A DNA stretch of 64,000 bases, taken from assembly GCF_046105845.1 (NCBI RefSeq), contig NZ_CP151004.1; one strand, given 5' to 3'. The first letter of the stretch is position 1; every line of letters starts with the position of its first letter. Under the pieces are notes generated by a model, which ran no database searches, had not been told where the DNA came from, and worked only from the letters and a program-made list of their open reading frames with translations. Shown here piece by piece: positions 63,940 to 64,000 of the stretch. Position numbers and translations under genes: made by a program. The stretch comes from Escherichia coli (GTDB lineage: Bacteria > Pseudomonadota > Gammaproteobacteria > Enterobacterales > Enterobacteriaceae).

Positions 63940-64000
63940 GTACTGTTTCTCCTCACAACGTCTAAAAGAGACATTACCGAATAACTACGCTTCATCCGGA

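Noticed and set aside
63940-64000. 3' end of ptsN on the minus strand at the window edge
   Set aside because: It is expected from gene order, but at most a few codons would lie inside the window, too little to support a call.

Overview
This window is Escherichia coli chromosomal DNA, in reverse orientation relative to the K-12 map, running from the 5' part of dusB to rapZ. I recognise about 50 core genes by reading the translations (no database search was possible). They are dusB-prmA-panF-yhdT-accCB-acuI, csrD-mreBCD-yhdE-rng-yhdP-tldD, aaeR/aaeXAB, yhcO-yhcN-argR, mdh, degS-degQ, zapG/zapE, rplM-rpsI, sspAB, dcuD, nanR/nanATEK-nanQ, gltBD, yhcC-arcB, the sRNA ArcZ, elbB-mtgA, yrbL, npr and rapZ. 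Gene order matches K-12 everywhere except between nanQ (yhcH) and gltD. Where K-12 carries gltF and the yhcADEF fimbrial cluster, this window has a compact, GC-rich five-gene operon on the minus strand (42766-50206): a SWIM zinc-finger protein, a 534-aa unknown protein, a MoxR-type AAA+ ATPase, a 749-aa unknown protein and a vWA/MIDAS protein. All five have Shine-Dalgarno sites and are tightly coupled, and I know of no experimentally assigned function for this module, so it is the main candidate for an undescribed system. Next to it is a degraded yhcG-like remnant followed by an AT-rich patch. No tRNA, rRNA, CRISPR array, IS element or integrase was found. CDS coordinates include the stop codon; starts were adjusted from the ORF track where the known protein begins at an internal ATG.
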